Below, piece after piece: positions 22,217-36,170 of a stretch of DNA of 64,000 nt. The stretch covers positions 46,165,810-46,229,809 of the forward strand of contig NC_052152.1 in the NCBI RefSeq assembly GCF_902713615.1, written 5' to 3'. The translations under genes were made by a program, and so were the position numbers. Numbering within the stretch: the stretch's first letter is position 1; every line of letters begins with the position of its first letter. This DNA is from Scyliorhinus canicula. Taxonomy: Eukaryota. The notes beneath the pieces are model-generated. The model did not search any database and had not been told where the DNA came from. It saw only the letters and a list, made by a program, of their open reading frames with translations.

Positions 22217-22844
22217 GGGCTGGATTCTCTGTAGCCCAACACCGAAATCATGATCGGCGATTGGGTGGAGAATGGATTCTGACACCGGAATTAGGGCTGG
22301 CGTCGGTTTGATGCTGGTTCACCGTGTTCTTCCCCCTCCAAACCGGCATCATTGTGATGCACGGCGTGCACCGTATCAACCCAATGGGCCGAGTTTCCGA
22401 CGGCATGGGCCACGTGTGGTCCCGAGCGTGCGGGAACCCGGCGTACCGGCTGTGGACTGTGTCCAGCGCCGCCACACTCGATTGGAATCTGTGCCGCTTG
22501 CCAGGGGAGCTCCTGCCTAGGGCTGGAGGGACTGGTGGAGGGTGTTCAGGGGGTGGTCAGAGGTGGGCTGCGATGTTGCAGTTGCCGGATTGGGTTCGCG
22601 CACGGCCAGCGCCATGCGTTACTGTACGATTGGTGCAGGTCGTCAGCTGTATGCAAACGCAGCCTGGGACCTTGGCATTCTCTGGTCGTTTTTGGCGTGA
22701 TCCACGGGAGTTTCACTTGGCACAAGTGCCAGTCCCTCACCGGTACCGGAATCAGTGAGGTTTCATGCTGACTTTTCAGTCGTGAAAGTCCACACGTGCT
22801 CTGCTGGCATCAACACTTAGTCCCCCAAATTAACAATCCAGCCC
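22217..22844. mobile_element. GC-rich non-autonomous TIR element
   Basis: Perfect 10-bp terminal inverted repeat GGGCTGGATT / AATCCAGCCC; no convincing ORF. Confidence 0.65.
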
Positions 22845-23012
22845 AATGTGTTTCTTAGCTGTCAGATTCGGGACAAAGCTGTTGCTGGACTTCAAATATG
22901 CTTGAGGATCCTTGGCAGCCACCTGAGAGGGCAGACCTTTAATGTCTCATGGATTGACAGCACCTCCAACAGTGCAGCACTCTAAGTACTGCCCTGAGGT
23001 GTCAGCCTAGAT

Positions 23013-23578
23013 CAGGCATTGTCAAACTCAGGGACGCAGGTCACGGGCGGGTGTCGGGAGGGTCGCAGAGCTGTCTGTTGCGGTGCTCCCGATAGCGCAA
23101 ATCTGCGCGCAACAGGTGCAGCAGCCGGCTGTTAATAACGCCAGCTGCAAGCATCCTTCAAAATGTCCGCGAACATGTGAAAAAAGCGGCCGCACTGCGC
23201 ATGCGTGCCAGATCATCGGTGCGCATGCGCGTAGTTTTGCGCATGCGCGCCGATGATCGTGCACGCATGCACAGTGCGGCCGCTTTTTTTTTAAATGGCC
23301 GCAGATGGAGACTCCATGCTGTCCGACACCGGAAGGCTTCACCTTCATCCAACAGGTTCCATAGGAGGAGCGTGTACGAGGGCCAAAGGGACTCAAAACC
23401 ATTTCCTCAATTTTTGTCAGCAGCAAACAAGGTAAGAGAAAATGGTGGGTCGCGAAGGTCGGCCAAATTGGGTCCCGAAGATTGGCCGGAGTGGGTTGCA
23501 AAGGTCGGCCGGGTTGGGTCCCAAAGGTTGGCCGGTTGGTAAAAATGGGTCCCCGGAAAAAACGTTTGAAGAACACCG
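23013..23578. mobile_element. hAT-type MITE
   Basis: 8-bp TSD GCCTAGAT (23005-23012 and 23579-23586); imperfect TIRs CAGGCATTGTCAAAC / GTTTGAAGAACACCG; large internal palindrome. Confidence 0.85.
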
Positions 23579-24148
23579 GCCTAGATGATATGGGTGTTGG
23601 ACCCACAATGTACTCGGAGACTAAACCACTTACCGCTGTGCGGACACAGGCTCATTTTTAAAGGTTTAATGTAACTTTTACAATTTTAATTACATGATCG
23701 GGAGCCCTTCTGTTTGAGTAGACGTCTGAGAGTTTTTTTTTAAACTAAGCATTTTTTGGTGTTAAGGATGGCAGTGCGGCTCAAGCAGAATTATTTTGAA
23801 GTTTAGGGTATATATATCTTTGTACAGATTGTCCTAATAGTTTTATGTTTTACACAGAATAATCGGTATTATGTTAGGAACGTATGATTGTGAAGTTGGA
23901 GGCAGCTCTTATCAACTGTGTCACAGTTATGTTAAGTGCCATCTGTTCCCTCCCTCCTGCCCAGTCCTCCTTGGATTTCAACACCAAACATGGTAACCTT
24001 TTCTATGCAACTTAGCTCAGTTGCCAAGACAAATTCTCTCTCCTTGCGCGCACACACATATGCATATACTGCTTTCCCTCTGTCTGTTTGGACTATTGTG
24101 CGATTAACTCAAAATCGAAAATCTCCCAAGTTTGACTTTGGGGCAAAA

Positions 24149-24642
24149 ATGTTCAGGGATAACTCAAGTTTAATCGAAACTATTTTGTACGACAATCCTG
24201 AATGTAATGTTTTGAAAAATGGCAGTGAAGGAGCGATCTACCACTTGGCCAATGTTATGTTTACACTCGGCTACATGAGTGGCAGTGGTTTTTTTGGTCT
24301 AGTTTATATATTCAGTCTTTTAGGCGTTGGGTTCTTCATTCAGTCTATTTGGGGCTGGGTCGATGCGTGCGGGGTGGATATTTTTATGTGGAGTCTGTTA
24401 CTTTTTGTGCTGTGTTTGCTCCAACTGGCGCACATTGGCTACCGGCTGAGGAAAGTGACTTTCCCGGAAGACTTCGCTAACCTTTACAAAGCCTTGTTCC
24501 GGCCTCTGGATGTGCCGCTGACCGCCTACAAGGAGATCGTGAGGTGCTGCGATGCCGAGGTGATGAGTCTAGCCTGCGACCAGAACTATGCAATGGAGGG
24601 AAAAACAGCTATCGACCGCTTGTCTCTGCTGCTGGCAGGCAG
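24149..24642 (+). CDS. POPDC2: POPDC2 coding exon 1 (three TM helices, start of Popeye domain)
   Basis: MFRDNSS...EGAIYHLAN...WGWVDACGVDIFMW...YAMEGKTAIDRLSLLLAG; donor AG|GTAGGT, phase 2. Confidence 0.95.
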
Positions 24643-27600
24643 GTAGGTGGAGAGAGCCCCTTTCAAACTGCGTGGCGTTAAACACACACACGCATATCTT
24701 CAGGGGCATGGGGGAATGAATGTTGGTGTTATCACTCACTTCGTAGCTGAAGTCAACATTCCTTTCACTTGCCTTTGTTTTAATATTTAAGCAGTTTTAG
24801 CAATTGTTTTGCTGAATACTCCAGTTAAACTTGTAGCACTGTTGCTTCACAGCGCCAGGGTCCCGGGTTCAATTCCCGGCTTGGGTCACTGTCTGTGAGG
24901 AGTCTGTACGTCCTCCCCGTGTCTGCGTGGGTTTCCTCCGGGTGCTCCGGTTTCCTCCCACGTCCCGAAAGACGTGCTATTCGGTGAATTGGACATTCTG
25001 GATTCTCCCTCTGTGTACCCGAGCAGGCGCCGGAATGTGGCGACTGGGGGATTTTCACAGTAACTTCATTGCAGTATTAATGTGAGCCAACTAATAAAGA
25101 TTGTTATTAAAATAGACACCCCCCATGACACAAACGTATGTGTTTTAATCGATGACATTGCGTTCCGATTCTTTTATTATAACTGGTGGGGGGAGGGTAG
25201 GGTACCCATTTATTGACTTTAAAAAGCTTCAGTAGCCAATGTTCACAAATGAATAATTTAATTTCCGTCTGCCATCTCAGATCGGCACTATTCTGTAAGA
25301 AAATAACATTTATCTTGCATGGTGCCGAATCAGGGGCTAAGATCAAGCACAATTTATGCTGTAACTTGTTTTTGTTTTGGTTTGACCATAAATGTCTCAG
25401 CCTTTGATTCAGTTCTGAGTTTAAATAGAATACATATTGGGAACCTAATAATAGTGCTGGAAAGTTGAGAATGGTTACTGAAGTATATCTATCCTCAGCA
25501 GAGTTGCATATTTCAGTGTCCCCCTTGTGCATTGGTGGAATGTATGTTTTTCAAAACATTATTTAAGCAGTTCTAACATGGTTTGCTGCCCTTTTTTCCT
25601 CAGTCTGGAGAGTACGTTAATTATTGGCCAAATACCATACACGGTTTTACCCTCTTCTTCCTTTAATGAATGAATAAAGGTAGTTCAAGTCACGGATCTC
25701 GGGTATACTGATAATGCAAAGCGATGACAATATCGTGCAGAGACTCAGATTGGTTAAGTGCAGGTTCAGCCTGCAATTCATGAATTTCCAATCTCATTTA
25801 GGTCACTGAAGTGGGACTATAAGTAGAAACTGGGCATTTCCCCAGAGGGCAGAAGAGAAAGTGACAGGCGCATCAATCTAAACCAAGATCTCAGATGCAG
25901 AGATAAGAGAGGCCAGCAGTCTTCCTCTGCAGCAAATGCAACAGAGATTGCCATGAGAGTGGGCTTCACAGCCACACCAGGCCATACTTAACATTGAGTT
26001 GACCAACACAGCGCAAACCATCACCTTTTGAGATGGAAGACAGCTACAGTTTACCCTATGAATCCCTCAAAATAAAATACTTTTTTGCAACATTGGCCTC
26101 CAACCCATCCAGTAATTTCATTGCAGTAGACTATGTTAAGAAAAATTTATGTAAGATTCAGCAGGAGTATGAAGCTTCACTACTTTGAGCTATTCATGCC
26201 TCACCCAACAGTAAACAGGCCATTCAGTGCAGATCAACATCCGTCTGTGAAATGATTCATTCAGACCTTTTAATCCACACAACACACTCTACCAACTTTA
26301 TTAACTTTTACACCAATGAATCTGTACAACCATCATCGGATAGCCTTCTATAAACACTTTGCAGGTCAGTTATCCCATCACTCCCCCTCTGTAAATGAGT
26401 TTCTCTACTGAGAGTTCAAGCCAGTCCATCCTTCTGGACAGACATAGATGCCCGGTATAACCGGAGCCTGAAGGAAGCTGCATGTGATTAAAGTAACCAT
26501 TATTATTTCAAGTATTATTAATTTATTTTATTTTTCTTCATTTCCTTTTACTTTCTTACTAAAATGCTTGATTATCTTTCGAGCTTCATTTTGATAAAGG
26601 CTACACATCCAAAATGTCATAATCTGTCTTTTGCTTTACAAGATATTGTCTTACCTGATGGGTAGTTCCAGCATTTAATTTCTTTATTTCAGATTTTCAA
26701 TATGTAGAGTTTTCCACGTTATTGTTCCCTAATATCATCCAGTGGGTCTGTAGCCAATTCATTGTAATGACTTTTCCAATTCTGAGTATACCTTTGCGGG
26801 TTTGTTGAATATCAGAACATCTGTTATCGTCATGAACCTAAAACAAACCCTTTAATGGTGACTGATGACATACTTAACAGAAATTGCTGACCTTGCCAGC
26901 GACACAAGATTGTGTGAGAGGGTGAAAACATGACCTTTGCAATGTAGTGCATCTCATAATTTATCTTTGCAGTAAGTCTGGATTCCTCCAAAGAGGATTC
27001 AGATACCATTTACAGCTTACCCCAAAATAGCTCTTTGCCCGTTCTCTTTGCAGTTACCTTGATAAAGCCGCGCTTATTGAACTGACAGCTAGTACAGTTT
27101 TGCTCAGGTTTGTGAGTGCATTCAGCTGCAAAGGCAAGGAAATCATTGGTTAAATGTTCCACTGTTGAATTCACCTCACTGGCAGTCTTGTAGGTGCAGT
27201 TTGCTTTGTGTTTAGAAATGTTGCTCAGAAATGTTGCTCTTGTGGCAATGCTCCTTGGCAATTTTACGTGTGGCACAAAAATAATCAGTTGCTCTGATTC
27301 ACATGTACCTGCTTCATTATTTCGGCTGTCTTGGTCAATGCTTCAGCATTTGCTGATCTAAGTCCATGATTTTACAGCCTCAGGAACCTCAAGAAACGAG
27401 CAAATGAAGCGAGTTAAGATCATAATCTAAAGTGACTCAGAAATGCAATGGAGGATTAAAATTTAAAGCCTTTCTGTTGCATTGTAGTGTCCAACTCTTC
27501 CACTTCCCAATCAATGCTGGTCAAAGCTAGATGAATTTAATATGTTGAAATGTTGCATACCTCCCATTTTCTGAATTTAGATTGGATTTGGTAAAGACAT

Positions 27601-27761
27601 GAAAGTGTAACACCTTCCTACTCGCTGTGAAAGCTGCACGGTGCAGGGTAGCTCAAATCAGGAAAGGGTAGAAATAAACTTCAAAAGAATTGTTACCTTC
27701 ACTAAATGTCAAAAATATATGTTTGGTAACAGTAAATGAAATTGTGTTATCTGTTTCATAG

Positions 27762-27870
27762 GGTTCGTGTTACCCTTGACAATCAGTTTCTGCACTATAT
27801 CTTTCCCTATCAGTTCCTTGACTCTCCAGAATGGGAATCTCTGCGGCCTAATGAAGAAGGCAATTTTCAA
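27762..27870 (+). CDS. POPDC2: POPDC2 coding exon 2
   Basis: TTTCATAG acceptor; 109 nt; FLHYIFPYQFLDSPEW (DSPE cAMP-binding motif); GT donor, phase 0. Confidence 0.96.
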
Positions 27871-28779
27871 GTAATTCAATATTTTTTCATTTGTCTAATG
27901 CTTAAAGTGAATTGCCAAGCTAATAACCTATGCTTTAGCCATATAATGAAATTCCTGATCTGTTTTCATGAATATATAAAAAAAACGTATGTCTGTCTGC
28001 ACTCCCTGCCAACTTTTCATTGGCGGGCATAACAAATTTACATAGGCGGCAGTTTTCATTATAAATGAGGGAGTAGGAGTTTATAATGGAAATGTAAAAG
28101 TAAGGACACAATATACAAATTTAAAACTGGGACTAAGGAATGTTTGTATGCTTACATTATACGCCGCTGTATAATCCTGTTCCACTGAAGAATCCTTTGT
28201 GCAACACCGTGGAGGTCAAATAGTATATGACTGAAAGTATTGCATAGGGTGCACAAATCCCTCCATATTTATCCCTTCTTTGTTGAACAAAATCATGCGC
28301 AACTAAGAGGGTGAGCACAAGGCTGACACCGGCACTGTTTGAAACTAGCTTTCAGGAGTTATCCAAGGGGACAACATTGTTCTTAATCACTATATTACAA
28401 GGATTGATAGTACATGGTGCAGATGACATCATAAATCAAAGAAACAGTGTTTATATGCAATTTTTGTGTCCGAATGCATGTTAGAATCAGGGAGCAGTGC
28501 CAGGATGCAGTGCCAAGGCAGCGCCCAGGTAAGCCCCTCTCCCCCAAGGGGGTATATTTACCTTGGTGCCCCATCACTGGCGAGGGGCAGGGAAAATCGC
28601 CGGCGAGAATTTCCTTTTCTGACTCTCGTGGTATTTTGCGTCTATGTCGCCATTCTTGGTGACGATGTACGGGGGTGCAAAATCACTCCCAATGTCTTCT
28701 AAATGCAACATATATCTAGGAAAGCTCTCCCGGGTAGCTCAAAGAATTTTAATTTGAATGGGAGGGAGGAACAAGTCAA

Positions 28780-30060
28780 ATTAAGACCATAAGAGCATAC
28801 GAAATAGGAGCAGGAGAAGACCAAATGGCCCATCTAGCCTGCTCTGCCATTCAATATGATCATGGCTGATTTGGGGTTCCTCGCCACTTTTTTGCCAGCT
28901 CCCTGTGTCCCTTGATTCCCTGAGAGACCAAATATCTGTTTATCTCAGTCTTTAATATATTCAGTGATGGTGTATCTATGTCCCTCTGGGGTAGAGAATT
29001 CCAAAGAGTCACAACCTTTTCATTGAAGACATTTTTCCTCATCTCAGTTCTAAATGATCAACCGCTTATCCTAAAACTGTGCCCCGATGTTCTGGATTCT
29101 CCCGCCAAATATCTATCCTGTCAAGCCCCTTCAGAATCTTGAACGTTTTAATGAGATCATTTTTTATTCTTCGACACTCCAGGGAATATACACCCAATTT
29201 ACTCAGCCTCCAATCTTAGGATAACCCTGTAATTCCATGTTCCAATCTTGTGATTGTATATCCTTCCTTAGCTATGGAGACTCAAATTGCATACAGTATT
29301 CCAGGTGTGGTTTCACCAAAGCCCTGTATAATTGCAGCAAGTTTTGTTTATCCTGTACTCCAATTCCCTTGCAATAAAGGCCAACATTCTGTCTGCTTTC
29401 CTCATTGCTTGCTGTACCCGCATGCTAACCTTTTGTGTTCCCTGCATGGGAACACCCAAGTCTCTCTGAACATCAATATTTACAAGTTTAGTGTATTTTT
29501 AAAAATATTCTGCTTTTCTATTCTTATGCCAAAGTGAATAACCTCACATTTGCCTACAGTATACGTCATCTCCTATCTTATTTCCCACTCATTTTACCTG
29601 ACTATATCTCTTAGCCTCTTTGCATCTTCCTCACAGCTTGTATTGCCACTAGCTTTGCTTCTAGTCAGCAAATGCAGATACATTACTCTCTGCCTCTTAG
29701 TCTATGTCATTAACATAGATTGTAAATAGTCAAGGCCCTAGCACCAATCAATGCAACACTCCGCTAGTCACAACCTATCAACTTGAAACTGTCTCCCTTA
29801 ACCCTACTCTCTTCTTTCCTGTCCATTAACCAATCCTTCATCATTCTAATAAATTTTCCCAATCCATCTTGTGTATTTGCCTTTTGTGTGTCACCTTATC
29901 AAATACTTTTTGGGAAGCAAAGTATACTACACCTACTGGTCCCCTTTATCTACCCTACTAGTTACATCCTCAAAAAACTCTAACAAATTTGCCAAATACG
30001 GTTTCCCTTTCATAAAATCATGTTGACTTGTTTTAATCATACTATATTTTCCTAAGTGCA
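28780..30060 (-). mobile_element. Decayed CR1 LINE 3' part
   Basis: Remnants such as KVVTLWNSLPQ on the minus strand and a CR1-type tail near 28790; boundaries approximate. Confidence 0.7.
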
Positions 30061-33000
30061 ATGATCCTATTGAAAGTTTTGTCACTGATGTTGTGCTCTT
30101 AAACATGACAAATAACTGTATTGGGGAATGTTCGTTTTGGACTTGATATCATCATCAAGCTTTCAGGAGGCAAGTATAATGTGGGTCAAATGTAACATGG
30201 AACACTGCTTACAATGCTCTGAGGGTATGACATGGGGCAAGGTAGTGTTCTATTACTAGACTGGTAATCCAGAGGACATCTGATGCTTGTGAAAGATTCT
30301 GTATGAGTGCAAGTCTTTTTAAAGTTTTGTCAGGTTGGAATCCCAGTATCATCCTGCCCTCTTCTGGGTTTCAACCAGATGAGTTTGAAAGAGAGTGGGG
30401 CGCACTTTTGAAATAGTCAGAAACTTAATTAGATTATGCAAACAAGAAATTAATTGCTCTTTAACTCTGCATTCTAACTTTAACAAACAAAGGGCATATT
30501 TCTTCAGCTACTTGTCAAGGCCAACCATGAGAGATAACAATAGTGAATGCTTCTTCAGTGAAATTGACAGGCTGGGAAATCTTTTATCAATGAAACTGAA
30601 GAGCTGGAGTAATAGCCAGGCGAGGGGCTACTGCTCATAGGTGCTTTCATTGACTGAAAGGCGATTGCCAACTTCTTTGAAGCCACTCCGCTTGTTCTGC
30701 ACGTCACACACCTTCAGCTGCATTTCCCTGCTGCCAGCCTTCATGATGGCATGGGAGTAGATTACACAGCTCCAGCATTCATATCTGATGAAGTACAAGA
30801 ACAACAGCATCAACACCAGCAGTGCCTTCTCCTCACCACAAACCACTCCAGAGGAGAGAAGGGATTGACACTGAGATCCATCTCCCAGAGGCAAAACCTC
30901 AACACAGAGTTTACAGACAGATGATCAGCTCTCTCGACATTTCTAAGTATACGTGCCTCAGGAGCTGAGCTTTCATGACAGGTTGCTGCTGACATCACAG
31001 CCTCCTGGAACAAGACCTACTTCCTAGTAGGTCAGATGGGTATGCATTGTCAGTAGCTAACGATGTTAAAGTATCTGCTATTGGAGCCAGCCACCCCCCC
31101 TCCCCCCTCCAAAGTCTCTGTCTCTCTAAGGCTGTATGCTCTCTTCCCTTGAAGGGATAAAAAACAGAGTTATGATTGTAGATAGCAACTGAAAGACAAC
31201 ATTTGTGGAGTGTGACTATGTGGTATGGCAGCGAGAGGGCAAAGGAGGAGGATGAGTATATGAGTTGACTACTCAGTTGAGGATGTGAGTTGCCTGGAGA
31301 GAGTGTGGTTAAACTCCTTAGGTGGGATTTTCCAGCCCCGCCCACTGCAGGATCTTCCTGTCCCGCTGAAGTCAACAGGGATTGAAATGGATCGCGGCAT
31401 CTGCTGCGGGAAAACCTGACGCGGTGGGGCCTGAAAGCCTTGCCACTTGTTTACAGATCTCTCCATGGGCTTGAGCCCCCTCCACCTCCCTTCCTTATGT
31501 CTGTAATCTCCTCCAGCCCCACAACCGCCTGAGGCATTTGCGCTCAGCTAATAAGTATTCAATGGCTCCACCTTGAGTTGCCGGGGTTCTAAGCTCTGGA
31601 ATTCCCTCCCTACACATCTCCATCTCACTTTCCTCCTTTAAGGCTTCTTCAAACTCACTGCTCACACCAAGCATTTGTTCAGCTGATCTGATATCTCCTT
31701 ATCTAGTTTGGTGTCATATTTTGGTTTATAATTCTCTTAGTGCCTTGGAGCAATTTATTATTTAGGACACAATATAGGTATAGGTTGTTGTTTGGTGTTG
31801 ACCCGAGGAGTGCTGTGCAGGAGTAGGTCCTGGACCTTCTCAGTGCTTTGTCTCCGGGTTGCAGTCATAGTCATAGAGAGACATCGAGTTTATGCAGCGC
31901 AGGAAGAGGCTCTTCGGCCCATCGAACCATACTTCTGCTGCCCGACTTCCTTGGTCACTTCCATGCACATCTGCTTGGTTGCGGAGATTGTCCTCTTCTT
32001 CCTGTCTTTGGGAAAGATCATCTTACTGCCTGTTCCTCAGATCCTGCAGCAGGGTAGCATGGTGGTTAGAATAAATGCTTCACAGCTCCAGGGTCCCAGG
32101 TTCGATTCCCGGCTGGGTAACTGTCTGTGTGGAGTCTGCACGTCCTCCCCCTGTGTGCGTGGGTTTCCTCCGGGTGCTCCGGTTTCCTCCCACAGTCCAA
32201 AGATGTGCGGGTTAGGTGGATTGGCCATGCTAAATTGCCCGTAGTGTCCTAATAAAAAAAGTAAGGTTAAGGGGGGGGTTGTTGGGTTACGGGTATAGGG
32301 TGGATACGTGGGTTTGAGTAGGGTGATCATGGCTCGGCACAACATTGAGGGCCGAAGGGCCTGTTCTGTGCTGTACTGTTCTATGTTCTATGTTCTATGA
32401 CGTCCAGGAGGGGGAGAGAAGGAGAGAGATCTGGGGTCCAGCCTTCCTAGGTCACCGCTCCATTCTTGAAGTTCGTGCAGCCTTGAAATCTAGGTACAAC
32501 TGAATCTTTCAGACAGATGCCAGGGTCTCTTTAATTAGAAATTCCTCCTTTGACTGTTCCAGCATCTCATCCCACTCACCCTCTATGATTGGTTGGGGAA
32601 CCTGGAGACTGAATGATAATGCTGTGGCTCAGTTAAAAAAGCTGACTTTTTGGCAGAAACTATAGAATATCTACAGTGCAGAAAGAGGCCATTCAGCCCA
32701 TTTAGTCTGCACTGAACCTCTGAAAGAGCACAACATCCAGGTCCATTCTCCCACCCATCCCCGCAACCCCACCTAACCTTTACACACTAAGGGGCAATGT
32801 TTTTATCATGGTCAATTCACCTAACTTGCACATCTTTGGACTGTGAGAGGAAACCTGAGCACCCGGAGGAAACCCACACAGACACGGGGAGAACATTCAA
32901 ACTCCACACAGACAGTTACCCAAGGCCAGAATTGAACTCAGGTCTCTGGCGCTGTGAGGCAGCAGTGCTAACCACTGTGTCACCATACCAGTTGTGTTAG

Positions 33001-35739
33001 TATAATGTTAATGGACTAATAAATGGCGTAAACATTCTATTTATTAATTCAATTCTCGTGACAGTTATAAATAAAGAACTAAGCGAAAATACTTCCAATT
33101 AGAAGTATTTAACCAATGATCTCAAAGTTTTGTGGACATTCTTTCTTCCACCAATAATAATTTATGGTCACAACAAAAAAAAACAGCTTCCTTTAGCAGA
33201 CCTGAACTCCTGTGAACATAAACCCTTATGCATGCTGTGAGGAAGATAATGTATCATGGTATTAACACCTACTCCTTAACTGCAGTATATCGTGCTGGAA
33301 TCCTCAGAGGTTGTCCACCACGCTCTCCAATCTACTTACAAAGTTTGTTAATACTACAAACAGACTAAAACTGATAGATATATTTACAAATAAGATGACA
33401 CTTCTGATAGATTCTCTGATGACCAATACATGGAGCCCTGTCAACCCATCCTTGGTTGAGACAGTAAGAAATAGGTGATCACAAAACGTTTCCTTGATTT
33501 CAACACAATGTTTTGGACTGATTGGCATGAAATGGTTTGGTTAACATATAAACTACTTTAAATCATCCATAATTTGAACGTTCATAAAGCAAAAGCAGAT
33601 GTTAGAAATCCAAAAGCATGTCCGTGTGGAGTTTGCACATTCTCCTGTGTCTGCATGGGTATCACCCCCACAACCCAAAGATGTGCAGGGTAGGTGGATT
33701 GGCCACGCTAAATTGCCCCTTAAATGGAAAAAAAAGAATTGGGAACTTTAAATTTAAAGAAAAGAAATCCATAAGCAGTTCTGACTAAAGGTGTTCAAAC
33801 TGAAACATTAGCCTTACATTTATCTATTGGCAGATACTTGGCAAAATTCTCCATCTCGCGAACCATGATCAGCAGAGAATCGGGCATCCAGTCAAAATGG
33901 AGGTCCGCCACCGATGCCGATTCAGGCACTTATACTCCGGTTCCTTGCTGGTGGTGACAGCGAGGCTTGCGCTCTGTGCCAGCAGCGGTATGCAAAACCG
34001 GCATTTGCATGCATTTAAATGTGCCAAGTTGGATACAATATGCTCCGCCCTTCCTCAATGCTCCGCTCCTCTCAGGCAGAAGTCTCACAGGCCTGAATTA
34101 CTACATGTATTTACAAATGTGGACTGGGCGCCATGGCTGCGGAGGGGAAGCAAGGGGCTAAAATAAACACTGAAAAGCCATTGAAAACTGTTGGGTTTGC
34201 TGGGGATGGCTGCCCGGGTTGGGGGCAGTAGTGGGTAGTGACTTGGTGCCAAGTCCATGGACCTGGGGTGTCGGCCTCAGCTTCTAGGTGGTTTGGTTCT
34301 GACCACCATTGCTGCAATCTGTCTTTTAAATGCACTCCTTTGATGCTACTGACAGACTCCTGGCTGCTGAGGACTGAGTCCTTTAAATACTCAGAAGGCC
34401 TATGGTAGTCTGCGAGCCCACCCATGCCATCCCTCTGGACACCCTCATGCCCGAGCTGTATCATCAAGAGCCAAGCTTAATAAGGAACCCACCAGTTGTT
34501 GGTACTCCTCAGAAGTGCTGCCCCAATGCAGAAGAAGCAGGGGATCAGCAGAGCTCATCCCAACCAGAGGTCACCTGCATTACGGCTTACGGAACCCCCT
34601 AGTTCTCTGCCCTCTCAGGACTCACCAATGACGCCCACCCCTCCAGATCACCAGCCGTCTCCTCCTGGGGAGACTGGCAGCACTGACGGCCTCTGCCACC
34701 ACTGCCAAGGTGCCTGGGCAGCACTGCCAGCCAGTATGGGCACTTCCAGTGTTCCAAATTGGCACTGCCAAGGTGCCATGCTGGCATTTTTTGCGTGCAC
34801 AAAGTCGGGCAGGTGTTGCCCAGCATGGGTATTGGGGGGGCGTAGGGAAGGGGGCATGCCCTCTCCTAGTGCGTTTCGGCTGGGGGAGAGGTCGGGGATT
34901 GTTTCAGGGATCTCGGAGATCGGGACTCCATTTAAAGTATGGAGTCCCGATCTCTCGCTACAACGGGGAGTTTTGACGATCGGAGTTCCTCAATGTAAAA
35001 AATAGGTCTATGCACAGCCTTGGCCACGTGTTCGCTGTTCAGGCTCCTTATTTAATGCGAGTTGTCGGGAAAGACATGGCTGGGGGGGGGGGGGGGGGGA
35101 GGAGGGGGGGGGCACGGTAGCTTAGTGGTTAGCACTGTTGCTTCACAGTGCCAGGGATCCAGGTTCGATTCCCAGCTTGGGTCACTGGTCACTGTCTGTG
35201 TGGAGTCTGCACAATCTTCACGTGTCTGCATGGGTTCCCTCCGGGTGCTCCGGTTTCCTCCCACAAGTCCAGAAAGACGTGCTTGTTAGATGAATTGGAC
35301 ATTCTGAATTCTCCCTCAATGTACTGCAACAGGCACCAGAGTGAGGCGACTAGTGAATTTTCACAGTAACTTAATTGCAGTGTAAATGTAAGCCTATTTG
35401 TGACACTAATAAAGTTTATTTTAAACACGCTTGCGAGGGGACTTTTTTCCCTTTTGGGAGAATCACACCCTTCGTCTCCCAAATAAAGAATTTTGCCCAC
35501 TGACTGTATTTCCAACGATTTCTCTTCTTATTTTAGTAATTTGTGTAAATAGAGTCTACTGGGGCTTTAGCCCAGATAATCTAACTGGAGTACTTTTGCT
35601 ATGGATACAATAACTTCATTTTAAGGTGCAGGTACTACCTTGTCACATAAAGCTTGCAAAAATTGGATCTTATCTGCTTAAGAAAATCTATATGTGCCAC
35701 TTTCTCTTTCCAATCTGAACACATAAGGGCCAATTTTAT

Positions 35740-35935
35740 GAAAGCACATTCTCAACAGGGAACTTTGCTAGCTGGGAGTGCATATTGGGAAAGCACATTC
35801 TCAACAGGGAACTTTGCTAGCTGGGAGTGCATATTGGGGAAGCACAGTCTCAACAGGGAACTTTGCTAGCTGGGAGTGCATATTGGGGAAGCACATTCTC
35901 AACAGGGAACTTTGCTAGCTGGGAGTGCACATTGG
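35740..35935. repeat. Minisatellite, 4 x 49 bp
   Basis: Unit GAAAGCACATTCTCAACAGGGAACTTTGCTAGCTGGGAGTGCATATTGG, starting at 35740, 35789, 35838 and 35887. Confidence 0.95.
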
Positions 35936-36170
35936 GAAATCTTGGGCATGTTTCCCCTGATTTCTGGACATTAGTTGGCAAGGTTCACTGGTAGATGCAT
36001 GAATTTGTGCGGATATTGCTATAGAAAATAAATAATTGTTGGCTCTGTTAAAATAAAGTGCTTGACTATAGACTGGGTGCAAGCAAATTATTTTCATTTT
36101 GATGATACTGAGAATTGAGAATTTGTTTCGGTTATATTTATGTTACTGAACACCTCAATCTGTTTTGCAG

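Noticed and set aside
23028-23606. 192-aa ORF as a transposase
   Set aside because: It lies in a GC-rich palindromic MITE and has no DDE or BED motifs.
23936-24148. 71-aa N-terminal extension of POPDC2
   Set aside because: It starts at GTG, overlaps promoter-like motifs and shows no POPDC similarity. ATG 24149 gives the expected N-terminus with the NSS sequon. Upstream in-frame ATGs cannot be excluded without TSS data.
35081-35112. Poly-G runs (also 41566-41586) as functional G-quadruplexes
   Set aside because: They are simple homopolymers with error-prone length and no supporting context.
35740-35935. CRISPR-like array
   Set aside because: The repeats are head-to-tail with no unique spacers, there are no cas genes, and the context is a vertebrate intron.
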